From the NCBI RefSeq assembly GCF_963921235.1, contig NC_086097.1, forward strand, positions 11,966,001 through 12,030,000: DNA of 64,000 nt. Direction: 5' to 3'. The notes under the pieces are model-generated. The model had not been told where the DNA came from and did not search any database. It saw only the letters and a program-made list of their open reading frames with translations. Origin of the DNA: Mobula hypostoma. Lineage: Eukaryota. Both the position numbers and the translations under genes were made by a program. Positions 13,469-26,319 of the stretch are shown piece by piece (the first letter of the stretch is position 1; each line of letters opens with the position of its first letter).

Positions 13469-14800
13469 CAACCAATAGATGAATATGAAACAAGGACCTA
13501 TCTGGGATATCAACAAGCAAAGAAATAGATCATAGTGCTATGAAGGGAAAACCATTGCCAGAATTTACTTCAAGACTTAAGAAAAACTGCCAAATAGATC
13601 TCAACATTAAAAATATAATATATGCAATAAGTACTTTTGCTGTGCCCATATTAACATATTCTTTTGACATAATACCTTGGTCTGAAGCTGATCTGGAAAA
13701 ATTACAAAGTAAAGTAATAAATTGAATGACAATTTTCAGAAAACACGCTGTACAGTCAAACATGCTTAGATTAACACAACTAGGACAGAAAGAGGAAGAG
13801 GAATAACAGACATTAAACATTTACACAACAGTCAGATGAAGCTTCGAAGGATATATTTTCATCAATGAGAAAAGGATTCAGCACTCCACATGAGCATATG
13901 CAAATCTGATAAAAAGTACACACTACTGAACTTAAATGAGAGCACAACCCAGAAAAATGAAGAAATTATCACTATTGAAGAAAAAGTTAACCAATGGAAA
14001 AGTATGATCCTCCATGAAAAACATCCCCATGATCTGAGCAGACTAGATGTCGACAAGGAAGCATTGAACACCTTGCTCAGAGTTGGAGACCTCTTCCCAG
14101 AAACAGAAGGGTTCCTTGTGGCAATCTAGGGTGATTCACACAAAAAATATCAAAAATGCATAATAAAAGACCAACAAATTCAAGACAATAAATACAGAAA
14201 ATGCTAAGAAAAACCAGAAACAATCCAACTCATTACAGGATCCTGCAGCAGTTTATCTCAATCTGATTACTTACACAGGCGCAACCGAGTGAAAAATATT
14301 ATTCACCAAAATCTTGCTTAAATACAAACTCATAACAGAAGCCATACCTTACTATAAATACAAGGCTGAGTCCCACAAATTATATTATGACTGATCTGTT
14401 GTTACAGCTAGGACAATCCATGCAACCGCTCAGATATAACAATACAGGATAAACAAGCAAGAGAACTTACTTAATAGATGTTGCCATTCCTAGCCACATA
14501 ACATACAAGATAAATAGGAAACCCTATAAATACGCTGAATTAAAAGATGAAATGGAAGGACTATGGAACACGAACAAGATATACATTTGTGTCAATAGTA
14601 ATATGTACAACTAGCATCATCCCAAAGTCATTACACAATAGCATTAAATAATCAGGCCTACACAGCAATATTTATATAAATCTTCAGAAAGCCACAATAT
14701 TAAACACCACTGGAATCGTCGGAAAGTTCCGAGCAATTGAGAGTTGAGTGTGCTTGACTATGCCTGTACCTTAAGATTTACTAGCTTGAGCTGAGATAAA
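13469..14800 (+). mobile_element. R4/Dong-clade non-LTR retrotransposon, 5'-truncated and degenerate
   Basis: RT C-terminus (YLGYQQ; AISTFAVPILTYSF), GDLFPETEGFLVAI, decayed CCHC knuckle, decayed REL endonuclease motifs (YLIDVAIP, KYAELK, NLQKATILNT); (AAT)n at 5' junction. Confidence 0.85.
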
Positions 14801-14962
14801 ATAAAAATAATTATTATATCTCAGTTTATTTGTGAAGCCAGTACAGTTCCCAATTCTACTCTCACTACAAGACCTGACTGAACTACTAAGTAATTTCAGT
14901 ATTATCTGTTTTTATGTTAGTTTTCTAGCATCTAGGGTATTTCTGTGTCAAAGGGGGGTTAG

Positions 14963-16815
14963 GTATAGGAGGAGAATTAGGCCATTCGGCCCATTGAGTC
15001 TTCTTCACATTCAATCATGATTAATTTATCATCCCCTCAACCCTATTGTCCTGGCTTCTCTCCTTAACCTTTAACACCCTTACTAATCAAGAACCTATCA
15101 ATCTCTGCTTTAAATATACCCAAAAACTTGTCCTCCACAGCCATCTATGGCAATGAATTCCACAGGTTCACCAACATCTGGCTAAAGAAATTCCTCCTCA
15201 TCTCTGCCGTAAAGGGACATCCTTCTATTCTGGGGCTATGCCCTCAGATCCAAGACTCTCCCACTGTCTTCTCCGCATCCACTCTAACTGGACCATAAGA
15301 TATAGTAGGCCATTTGGCCCATCAAGTCTGCTCCTCCATTTAATCATGTGCTGATCCAATTCTTCCAGTCATCCCCACTCCCCTGCCTTCTCCCCATACT
15401 CATTGATGCCCTGGCTAAGCAAGAACCTATCTATCTCTGCCTTAAATACACCCAAAAACTTGGCCTCCACAGCTACTCATGGCAAAAAATTCCACAAATT
15501 TACCACCCTTTGACTAAAGTAATTTCGCCACATCTCTGTTCTAAATGGACGTCCTTCAATCCTGAAGTCATGCCCTCTTGTCCTAGACTCCCCTACCATG
15601 GGAAATAACTTTGCTATATCTAATCTGTTCAAGCCTTTTAACATTCAAAATGTTTCTAAGAGATTCCCCTTCATTCTCCTGAACTCCAAGGAAAACAGCC
15701 CAAGACTGCCAGATGTTCCTCATACAGTAACCCTTTCATTCCTGGAATCATTCTTGTGAATTTTCTTTGAACCTTCTCCAACATCAGTATATCCTTTCTA
15801 AAATAAGGAACCCAAAATTGCACACAATACTCCAAGTGTGGTCTCACGAGTGCTTTCTAGAACCTTAACATCACATCCCTGCTCTTATACTTTATACCTC
15901 TAGAAATGAATGCCAACATTGCATTTGCCTTCCTCACCACTGACTCAACCTGGAGGTTAACATTTAGGGTAACATAAAGACTCCTAAGTCCCTTTGCATC
16001 CCTGCATTTTGAATTCTCTCCCCATCTAAATAATAGTCTGCCCATTTATTTCTTCCACTAAAGTGCATGACCATACACTTTCCAACATTGCATTTCATTT
16101 GCCACTTCTTTGCCCATTCCCCTAAACTATCTAAGTCTCTCTGCAGGCTCTCTGTTTCCTCAACACTACCCATTCTTCCACCTATCTTTGTATCATCGGC
16201 AAATTTAGCCACAAATCCATTAATCCCATAATCCAAATCATTGACATACGTTGTAAAAACCAGTGGTCCCAACACCGACCCCTGTGGAACTCCACTGGTA
16301 ACTGGCAACCACTCAGAATAGGATTCCTTTATTCACACTCTGTTTTCTGCCAACCAGCCAATGCTCTACCCATGCTAGTAACTCCCCTGCATTTCCATGG
16401 GCTCTTATCTTGCTAAGCAGCCTCATGTGTGGCACCTTGTCAAAGGCCTTCTGAAAATCCAAGTACACCACATCCACTGCATCTCTTTTGTCTACCCTGC
16501 TTGTAATTTCCCCACAAAATTGCAGTAGATTTGTCAGACAGGATTTTCCTTTCAGGAAACCATACTGGCTTTGGCCTATCTTGTCATGTAACTCCAGGTA
16601 TTCTGTAATCTCATCCCCAACGATCGATTCTAACAACTTCCCAACCACTGATGTCAGGCTAACAGTCCTACAGTTTCCTTTCTGCTGCCTCCCACCTTTC
16701 TTAAATAGCAGAGTAACATTTGCAATTTTCTAGTCATCCGGTACAAAACCAGAAATCTATTGATTCTTGAAAGATCATTGTTAATGCCTCCACAATCTCT
16801 CCAGCTACTTCCTTC
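14963..16815 (-). mobile_element. Two tandem CR1 copies (3' fragment 14963-15290; RT-containing copy 15292-16815)
   Basis: Frameshifted RT ORFs 16313-16648, 15964-16308 (GVPQGSVLGP, FADD), 15857-16045. Confidence 0.92.
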
Positions 16816-16925
16816 AGAAGCTGAATATTTCAATATTTGGTATGTTTCAATGAGATCCCCTCTCATTCTTCCAAACTTCAGTGAGTACGTCAAACACTCT
16901 TTGTACATTAACCCTGTTATTCCTG

Positions 16926-17514
16926 GTGTGCCAGAGAGCACTTCGTAAACACACACACACACATTGCCTTGCCATCCTGCTGTTGCTATGCTGAATGTGC
17001 GCACTTTAATGTCTTCCCCTGGTATATTCTATTAGAAGGTCTTAAAGGGTTGGCTTTATGGTTCCTTTCCCACAATACACTTCAGTATATTCCATTTCTT
17101 CAGTAACAGGGATGTGTAGATTTGTATATATTGGTTGTATAGTGTATTTAAGATAGATACTTCTGTTTATTTTACAATATGAGTGTAACTACATTGTGGG
17201 GCGCATCATATTCTAATTAATGTGTAGTCTTAAGTTTCATTTGGATAATGAAAGATGGTATGTCCTGGTGTGGGGCGGTTTGCTCCTAGTAGAAGAGAGA
17301 GATTGGGCTGTCAGGTGTTCATACTGGTCATAATAAGCAGCATTTATTTTGTTTTCTGGTAGATATCTTTTTGTAAATATTGGCAGTTTTCTTTCACTGT
17401 TTTCACTATTTTTTGTAAGTTTAACTATTTGACGCATCAAATACACACCCTTGCACTAAAATGCTAAGCGACTCAAGCCATCTTTTCTTCTTCAGTCAAA
17501 ACCCACGTACCGTA
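16926..17514 (-). mobile_element. Probable LINE 5' fragment inserted in a CR1 remnant
   Basis: AAGATGGC near its 5' end (17477-17484); weak APE-like GNVCVCVY peptide near 16950; CR1 sequence at 16825-16925 resumes at 17515-17700. Confidence 0.45.
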
Positions 17515-18061
17515 ACACCTGGGTTCATTATCGAGAGCCCCCTCTGGATCCTTTCTATGGCCAGCTCATCCTTTATTAGATAAGGGACCCAAAAATGCTC
17601 ACTATCCTCCACATGTGGTCTGACCAATGCTTTATAAAGCCTCAGCATCACATAATTGCTTTTATATTCTAGTCCTCTTGAAATGAACACTAACATTTGG
17701 GTGATTTTTGATTGTAAAACAGAACCAGAAGCTAACTGTAGTAATCTGAAGGACATCTTTGCAAATACATTAGGTAAATGGCCTTCACCTGTCTGAATGT
17801 ACACTTTGTAACTCTGTGCGTGTGTTATAATGCACAGATTTCAAAGGGCATAATCAATTAATTTCTAATCCCTATTATTTGTGTACTATTTTGTTTGTAT
17901 TTCTGTTTAGGCAAATGACAACTGTAATTTTACAGAAGGGAAATGGTTGCCGACATTGTTAAAAGGGATAATAGTCAGCAATGATTTTTTGCTGCTTGTA
18001 ATTGTAACTTACTGACATATGTGCAGTACTTCTGATGTGTGCACGAAAGAAAGTCTTGGAA

Positions 18062-18210
18062 GACTTGCATTTATGTAATGCCTTATCATATCTTTCAGAA
18101 ATGCCCCAAAGCACTTAACATTCAACGCTAAAGTGTTTTTGTAGCCGAGTTGTCAGTCTGAGTTCTTTGATTTCTGAAAGCAATTTTCAATATTGGAAGT
18201 AACACCCACA
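18062..18210 (-). mobile_element. Deu-domain SINE 3' tail remnant
   Basis: acttgcatttatgtaatgcctt...ccccaaagcacttaaca resembles the DeuSINE tail; similar piece at ~51100-51190. Confidence 0.55.
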
Positions 18211-18280
18211 AACTACAGGAGGAAGGCAGCAGGTCAGACAACATCTATGAAAAGAAATAAAGAATCAATGTTTCAGGATG

Positions 18281-18332
18281 AAACTTCACCATGGATGGTC
18301 CCAAGCCCAGCTGCAAAAAGAAGAGGGTTGGG
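18281..18332 (+). ncRNA. Decayed twister-ribozyme-like motif in an RTE-type 5' leader
   Basis: AAA-CTTC-AC...GG-TCCCAAGC-CC...GAGGG-TTGGG, followed by RTE leader ctagcaaccctttcctgtaaaaac. Confidence 0.6.
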
Positions 18333-18444
18333 CTAGCAACCCTTTCCTGTAAAAACCCAGAACTATAGAAACTCCAAAGGCCTCATCCCTGGGAAAGGAA
18401 GGATATATGTGAAGACAGGCTACACCTGGGGACAATTTGAAAGA

Positions 18445-19500
18445 CTTATACACAGGGCCACACCACCTCCTCTGCCTATAAACCTACCTTTCTGATACAC
18501 CGTATGTCCTTGGACATTCAACTCCCAAAGGCAGCCATCCTTTAGCCATGTTTCAGAGATGGCCACAACATCATACTTGCCAATCTGTAGCTGAATTTCA
18601 CAATCATCCATTTTATTTCTTATGTTACGTGCATTCACCTACACTTTCAATCCAGTATTTGTTGCTTTCTGTTTTAACTGCACCACGCCTCTATTGCCCT
18701 GTAACTCATCACTGGCTGTGATTATGCCTCATTTCCTGCTTGTCCTTTCTATCATCTCTGTTGCATGCTATCTTTGATTTATTTTTGTTTTCCCCTTCCT
18801 CAGCCCTATCACTCCGGTTCCCATCCCCCTGCCAACTTAGTTTAAACCGTCCCTAACAGCTCTTTTAAACTCGCCTTCTAGATTATTGTACCCCTTTGGG
18901 CTCAGGTGTAACCCATCCTTTTTGTACATGTCGTACCTCTCCTAGTGATCCAGGAACCCGAAGCCCTGCCCCCTATACCGGTCTCTCAGCCACGCATTAA
19001 TGTGCCTGATCATTACCATGTGGCACAGGCAGCAATCCTGAGATTACTGCCTTGGAGGTCCTGCTTTTCAGCTTCCTACCCAACTCCCTGAATTCTCTCG
19101 TCAGGATCTCCTCCCTTTTTCTACCTATGTTATTGGTATCAACATGTACCAAGACTTCTGGCTGTTCACTCTCTCCCTTCAGAATACTCTGCACCTGATC
19201 CGAGACATCCCATACCCTGGCACCTGGGAGGCAACAAACCATGCGCGTATCTCTATCAGGCTGACAGAATCTCCTGTCTGTTCCCCTCACTATGGAACAT
19301 GACTACCATGACTACCACATTCCTCATCTTCTTGTCTCCCTTCTGCACCACGGAACCAGGCGCTGTGCCGGAGACCCAATCATGGTGGCCGTCCTCTGTC
19401 AGGTCACCCCCCTCAACAGCATCCAAAACAAGATAATGATTACTGAGGGGGTTGGCCATAGGGGTTATTCTCTGCTATCTGAGCTCTTCATATCCCTTCC
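18445..19500 (-). mobile_element. CR1 5' fragment (ORF1 SGNH esterase domain plus ORF2 APE start)
   Basis: CCLPGARVWDV...EQPEVLVHVDTNNIG (ORF 18997-19290); NARNIRNK...VAISETWL (ORF 18420-18638). Confidence 0.9.
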
Positions 19501-20125
19501 CAGACATTCATCCACTTATCTAAGCATGGCTACTTTGCAAATAAATTTGACATCTGTTCTGAATGGGCATTTTGGGTACATATGCCAAGTTTGGTCTCAA
19601 ATGCTTGATCTTATTATATCTTCCAGTTAGAGCCATAGTATTGCACAGCATAGAGATAGGCCCTTCAATATGCTTCTATGTTCAAGGTAATATTGCCACA
19701 AATAAATTAACAATAATGTGCATTTACAACACAAGTTAAAAAGTATATACTACTGGCGCTTCATATGTGATGAGGCCTGGCTGGTGGCAGAGCGTTCAGT
19801 AGTCTCACAGTCTGGCGGAAGAAGCTGTTTTCCATCCAAACAGTCCATTTCCTAACGCTACACTACCTCTGGCCCGATGGTGGGGAGGTCAAATCGATTG
19901 TTGGATAGATGGGAGGGATGATTGACAATGCTAAGAGCCCTCTCTCGTCTTCATTAATTCCATACAGCTCTATATCCTGCTCTTTAAGTATCTGCGAAGA
20001 TGCCTATTAAATTTTGTTATTGTTACTGTTCCTACCACGACCATCGCTGGCAGCTCATTCTAGATACCAACTAGTCTTTTATGAAAAATGCATCCATCCA
20101 GTCTCCTTTAAACCTCCTCCATAAA

Positions 20126-20312
20126 GGGCAGCACGGTAGTGTAGTGGTTAGCACAACACTTTACAGTACTGGTGACCAGGGTTCAATTCCCACCACTGCC
20201 TGTAAGGACTTTTTGCTTTTTCCATGACTGCATGGATTGGGAGAATCCTGGGTGGTGGTGGCTCGAAGTGCTGGAAGGGCCTATTCTACACTGTATCTCA
20301 ACAAACACATAA
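20126..20312 (+). mobile_element. V-SINE (HE1-like), internally deleted
   Basis: ggcagcacggtagtgtagtggttagc head, B-box, gaagggcct tail. Confidence 0.75.
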
Positions 20313-21002
20313 AATCTTATCTTCAAACTCTGCCATATAGTTTGAGACATCCCACCCATGGGAAACGGAGATAGGCTAAAACCATATCTCTGCCTTTTAT
20401 GATTTTATTTACCTCTATCATGTCACTTATCAGCCTCTTTCCCTCCATGGATGATAGACGTAGCCTATCTGATCATTCCTAGTAGCTCAAGGCCTCCAAC
20501 TGAAGCAACATCCCAGCGAATATTTCCTGTCCTTTCTCTATTTTGATCATGCCCCCCCCCGCCCCCGGTAATGATCTTTTTTGCTTGCTTTCTAAGAGAG
20601 GAGCAGCAAATCTGAAGAACAGATTTCTGTTATATATACTGAAAATATCCCTAATAGCTCCTCTGTCTTCTTTCAACTTCTGCCTTTGCCTTGGAATACT
20701 ATTAATACACGGCAAATTCAAAAGCCCGATACATGGACAACAGGGCGATGGAAGGCTGATCCAGGTGCAGGTCGATAGGGCTATGCAGAATAACAGTTTG
20801 GCATACAATAAGTGGGCTGAAAGACTTGTTTCTGTGCTATGGTGCACTATGACTATATGAAAGACAATGTATTGGGATCAGAATTGAAGCACCCTACCAA
20901 AATGATGGCTGTTTGACACGAGAAAGTGCTTTATAAATACAATTATATTTTGCCAGTTCTTTGTTACAAATTAACGAATATGGTAAGAAACATGGAGTGG
21001 TT

Positions 21003-21660
21003 GGACAATAAGACGTAGGAGCAGAATTTGGAAGTTTCAACCCATGGAGTCTGCTCCACCATTCTATCAAGGCTGATTTATTACCCATCTCAACTCCGTT
21101 CTCCTGCCTTCTCCCTGTAATGTTTAATGCCTGACTAATCAAGAACCCATATACCACCACTTTAAATATAGCCAATGAGTTGGCCTCCATAGCTGTTATG
21201 GCAATAATTTCCATGGATTTACCTCCCTCTGATTAAGGAAGTTTCTCCTCATCTCTGTTCTAAATGGATGTCCCCCTGTTCTGAGGCTGTGCCCTCTGGT
21301 CCTAGACTCCCCCTATTATAGGAACAATCCTCTCCATATCCACTCTATCCATGCCTTTCAGCATTCAATAGGTTTCAATGAGATCCCTCCTCATGCTTCT
21401 AAACTCCAGTGAGTACAGACCTAGAGCCATCAAGCAGTCCTCATCCATTAACCCTTTCATTCCTGGGATCATTTGCATGAACCTCCTCTGGACCCTCTCC
21501 TATACCAGCACATCTCTTTTTTTTAAACAAGGGGCCCAAAAATGCTCATAATACTGCATGTGCCATCTGACCAAAGCCTCTCAAAGCCTCAGCAGTGCAT
21601 CGTTGCATTGATATTTTAGTTGTCTTGAAATGACTTAGCCTGGAAGTTAACCTCTACTGA
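21003..21660 (-). mobile_element. CR1 3' fragment
   Basis: Alignable to 2727-3268 and 15292-15960. Confidence 0.85.
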
Positions 21661-22289
21661 ATCAACAATTAACCTATTCAGATCAACAAACGAGAGTGGT
21701 CTAAAACATGGAGTAACCTTGGCATAAGTATTTTCAGACCTAGGGTTGTCTGAATATGGGACAGCAAAGATGGGTCAGATAGCTTTACTGATCCTGATCA
21801 ATAAATCCATATGCTATTCAGCCCAGGTTACTCTGGTAATTGGCTGGGAGATCCTATTTGAGTGTAAGGGGACTTGAGCAGAATGTATTCAAACATGAAT
21901 TAATACAATTGAGATTTGTGTCCAGTCGGTTGCCTTTCTTCTCTTCATTCTCTTACCTATAGCCTTTCTGTAAGGCTTTGTTTTGTTGGCAGACCATATT
22001 CCTTCAGCACCCGAAACACTGCTTAATTAGCTGCTATCAGTTAATTTTAACAAGCCATTATCTTATAATACTGTGTAATTATTTGCATTGAATTATGTAT
22101 GGCATCTTACAAATCAAACAATGCAATAATAGTAGTTGTTGCCAATTAATGTAGCCAGGTGCATCTAAGTCCACCTAACAGTGATATAAAGTAATTTCCA
22201 TAATATTATCCTTGGTGTAAAACTGGTCACTTTATCAGATTTCAGCCCTCACACAACTTGAAAGCAGAAAACTACTTCTAATACACATG

Positions 22290-22700
22290 ATACTGAAAAA
22301 AAGCACCTGCATTTCCCAACCTGGAACAACAAAGGCACGTTAGAGACAATGAAGTATTTTTGGAGTGTCGCAGAAAACAAGAGCTGCCAATTTGCACACC
22401 GCAAGCTCCTACAAACACCAATGTAATAATGAGCAGATAATCTGTTTTAGTGATGTTGATTAAAGAATTAATATTGAAGACAGAAGTGATAACTGCTCTG
22501 CTCTGAAAATGTGCCATTGGATCTCATCCATCTCGTTGAGAGAGCAGATGGAGCCCTGGGTTTTAACTTCCCAGTTGAAAGCCAGCATCTCCAACAATGC
22601 TGCATGCCCTCATTACCCCTCAGTGGTACCTTGTCTCACTTTTGTGCTCAATACTCTGATGTGCAGTTGAACTCATGATATTTTAATCAGAGATGACACC
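22290..22700 (-). mobile_element. Ancient Deu-domain SINE (SacSINE1/AmnSINE1-like)
   Basis: gccaatttgcacaccgcaagctcctacaaac...cagataatctgttttagtgatgttgatt...gagagagcagatggagccc matches the Deu domain from memory; decayed B-box at ~22665. Confidence 0.8.
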
Positions 22701-23750
22701 ATAGTAATAAATGCTGTCTCCTCACCAAAGGCAGGGTGTGATTGGGCAGGGTCTCCATTATTAAGGCACAGTTAGCACACAGCACATGGAACTCTACAGC
22801 ACAGTACAGGCCTTTTGGTCTGCAATGTTATGCTAAAATTCTCACCTACTTTAAGATCAATCTTACTCTTCCCTTTTACATAGCCCTCCATTTTTCTGTC
22901 ATTCATGTGCCTGCCCAAGAGTTTAATAACTGGCTCTAGTGTATCTGCCTCTACTTCCATCCCTGGTGGTGTGTTCCATTCACCCACCATTTCCCTGTGT
23001 AAAAGAAATCATCACTGACCGCTCCCCCTCCATAATTTCCTCCAATCACCTTAAAATTATGCTCCCTGGTATTAGCCATTTTAGCCCTGGGAAAACATCT
23101 CTGTCTATCCAATGGACCTATGCCTCTTATCATCTATCAGGTTGCTGGCGTGTGAGACAGAACTCATTGCCCATAAAGAATCAAGAGAAGGCAAGTGTGA
23201 GAAGTGTTCTTATTCCCCAAAGTTAAGCTTTAACATAAGAGACTGGTTATCCAAACCTGAATCTGATGATCAAAATCAAAGTCGAGTTTGTTGTCATATG
23301 CACAAGCATGGGTGTGCACAAGTTCAATGTAAAACCTGCCTGCAGTGGCATCACAGGAACACAGCATTCATATGAAAAGTAAAGTTCAAAGTTCAACAGT
23401 TCAAAATAAATTTATAACCTCAGTACATATATGCCACCATGTTCAATCCTGAGATTCATTTTCTTGCAGCCATTCACAGTAAATAGAAAGAAACGTATTG
23501 GAAGCAATGAGAAACCACACACAACAAGACAGACTAACAGCCAATGAGCAAAAGATAACAAAGTGTGCAAATATATAAAAAATAAAAATAATAATGTAGC
23601 ACTCCAGGGGGGAGTGGTTGAAAGCCCACCACAGCATTCCTAATGGCCAGCTCTATTTATTGTTCTTGTGTTAAAATACTTTTGTGGGGTTATGATGGGA
23701 TGTTGAAGTTCATTTATTGTTATATTTTAGCTTAGGATATATAGTTATTC

Positions 23751-24058
23751 TTGTGGCACGTGGTCAAGTGGTTAAGGAGTTGGTCTAGTGATCTGAAGGT
23801 TGCTAGTTCAAGCCTCAGCTGAGGCAGCGTGTTGTGTCCTTGAGCTAGGCACTTAACCACACATTGCCCTGCGACAACACCGGTGCCAAGCTGTATCGGC
23901 CCTAGTGCCCTTCCCTTGGACAACATCGGTGGCGTGGAGAGGGGAGACTTGCAGCATGGGCAACTGCCAGTCTTCCATACAACCTTGCCCAGGCCTGCGC
24001 CCTGGATACCTTCCAGGGTACAAATCCATGGTCTCGCGAGACTAACGGATGCCTAAAA
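23751..24058 (+). mobile_element. tRNA-head CORE-like SINE, copy 1
   Basis: A/B boxes, gtgttgtgtccttgagctaggcacttaacc core, exact 12-bp TSD atatagttattc (23739-23750 / 24059-24070). Confidence 0.9.
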
Positions 24059-24268
24059 ATATAGTTATTCACATGTGTGTTTGTGGCTCACCCTGACTGT
24101 AACCAGTGTTTGTAATAATTACCTCCCCCATCTACAGTATATATAACTGAGTGGGTTCTCTCCCTGGGTCACAGCGCCTGGTCTGTTTTTGTGTTTATCG
24201 CAATAAAAATGGATATTGAGTTTAATGAGCTTCCTCGTCTGCCATCATGGAGCAAATGCTCACCACAT

Positions 24269-24286
24269 TGGTAACAGGAGTAGGAT
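24269..24286 (+). promoter_or_regulatory. Primer-binding site, tRNA-Leu type
   Basis: TGGTAACAGGAGTAGGAT just after the LTR; 15/18 match to TGGTGTCAGGAGTGGGAT (complement of the tRNA-Leu(CAG) 3' end). Confidence 0.7.
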
Positions 24287-24639
24287 TCAAAATTGACAAC
24301 CAGCTACAAAGTCGAACTGAATGCCTTAAGACCTGGGAATTAAGTGGAGGGATCGAGCAGTATGCCTCCCCAACACCCCCAGGCCGGGTTCATGAAGGAA
24401 GGACCTGGAGGGAGGACCTGGGGACCGAGCATCGTGCCTCCCCCAGTGAACCCTGGTGGAGCAAGTGTACCCAGTCCAGGTGACATGGCGGAGCGCATCA
24501 CCCACCTCCCTCGCGACCCGCAACGGGGAACTCAAGACACCGCAACCATGGGAGGACGAGCAACATAGCAGGCACCACCGCACCACTGGGGCAAAAGGAA
24601 GACCAACAGGCCTTAATAATTTACCACAAGGTCCACACT

Positions 24640-25758
24640 GAAGCTCCCCAGATACAATGGTACCAGCTGCCTGGAGCCTTACCTGGTCCATGTCAAACTT
24701 GCAGTATGGCACAAAGGGTGGAACCCCACTGAGTTTGAAGTGCATCTACAGGGCCCTAGTAATGGCACTGGAGTGGCATTTCGAGCAGAGATTATTGGGG
24801 GAAGCAATGAGGAAAGAACTGGGCAGCAGATGCCGCCATATGGACAAAAGTCTGAGGATGTTTGCAGCAGAATTCTGCCACTGTGCTTGGCATGGCTACA
24901 CCACTTCCCTCCCGCGACCCAGGCTTGCTCTCCACGGCTTTGTGAATGCACTGATTCTGGAGCGTCTTTGGCAGCGTGTACGCCTGACATCACCATCATC
25001 GCTGGCCGAGGTGGTGGCAGGGGCAGAGAGGGCTCAAGTAATTTTAACCCCCTCCCCCAAAGCGTTCCAGCATTCCCCCCCCCCCCAAAGCGTTCCAGCA
25101 TTTCCATGCATGCCACGAGCCCAGGTTTGTGTCACCGAGGCAGAGGGTGAAACTGATGAGAAGGAGTCCCTGACACAGGTTCGACCAGCATCGCGCCAGC
25201 CCCACCATGTGCCATGGAGTTTTCTCTGCCACCGGTGTGACAAGGCAGGCTATTTGGCCTGGGATTTCCCCAGACCAGCCCACCTCAGCCTCCGGGAGAC
25301 GGGAGTGGGCGATGCTACCCGAGACCTCCAGCAGAATCCCTCCATTGTTTCCTGTCCGGGTGGGTCGTTTGGGTGAAGAGCAAGGCTTATATGTGGACGG
25401 TTGGTGGAGGCCTTTAGATGCCGTCCATTAGTGGACGCAGTATCAGCCATCACCACCACCCATCTATGTGTCCTCCCCAACATGGACCACCTTCCTTGCC
25501 TGGGTGGACAACGATTGAGGTCCAGCTGGCTGCTGTCACTGGCGACTGTGCAGCGATGAGAGGGAAGAAGTGGCTGCGCATTGCAGTGGGCCACGAGGTG
25601 TGGTTGGCCAACGTCCGCAAGTCCTACATCACTGGCCTGGACTTACTGTCCCGCAGGGGGACCCACGTGGATGTGCCAGGGGCAATGCTCTACATTGTTG
25701 TTGAAGCTGTGGTTGTCCAGCAGGGCAGCTCCAGGAAGTGCAGCAACAATCACCACCG
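24640..25758 (+). pseudogene. Gypsy gag and aspartic protease, degenerate
   Basis: PRYNGTSCLEPYL; ORF 24657-25376 capsid-like with decayed knuckle CHRCDKAGYLAWDF; LVDAVS protease-site remnant at ~25425. Confidence 0.75.
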
Positions 25759-26319
25759 GTAAAATAATAAATAAGTAAGCAATAAATGTCGAGAACATGA
25801 GATGAAGAGTCCTTGAAAGTGAGTCCATAGGTTGTGGCGAGTGAAGTTGAGTGAAGTTGATTCAAGAGCCTGATGGTTGAGGGGTAATGACTGTTTCTGA
25901 ACCTGGTGGTGAGTCCTGAGACTCCTGTACCTTCTTCCTGATGGCATCAGCGAGAAGAGAGCATGTTCTCACGTAAATTAAATATAAATTATACACAATT
26001 TTACTGTCAGCTGTCTCATTGTCCTTAAGCAGCTTTGGCATTCCAAGCTACAAATTACATCTGTAAATGCCTTGTGAAATCTGTTAACTGTTTCTGTTTA
26101 ATGTATGAACACCCCACAATAAGTAGTGGAGCATATTCTATCATAATATTCTAATATCACTTTATTATAGAGCACCCCATCAGGTCTCTCAGAAACAACC
26201 AAAGGGACAGATGTATTATTAGTAGGTAAATAGCAACTTTTAGGCACTTAAACCTATTTAGCATGTCATAGGTCTGTTCAGTCACACAATTAGTGGATCA
26301 GTGTGTGCAACATGATTGA

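Larger units (their letters stand above)
23595..25758 (+). mobile_element. Gypsy LTR retrotransposon remnant (5' LTR-PBS-gag-protease), 3'-truncated
   Basis: LTR TGTAG(23595)...CCACA(24267) with TATA and AATAAA; PBS; gag; inserted in a Rex1 tail that runs 23380-23594 and resumes at 25760-25970. Confidence 0.85.

Noticed and set aside
23751..23825. tRNA genes at SINE heads (also 370, 42021, 59912, 63324)
   Set aside because: No complete cloverleaf; each runs into a SINE body, several with TSDs
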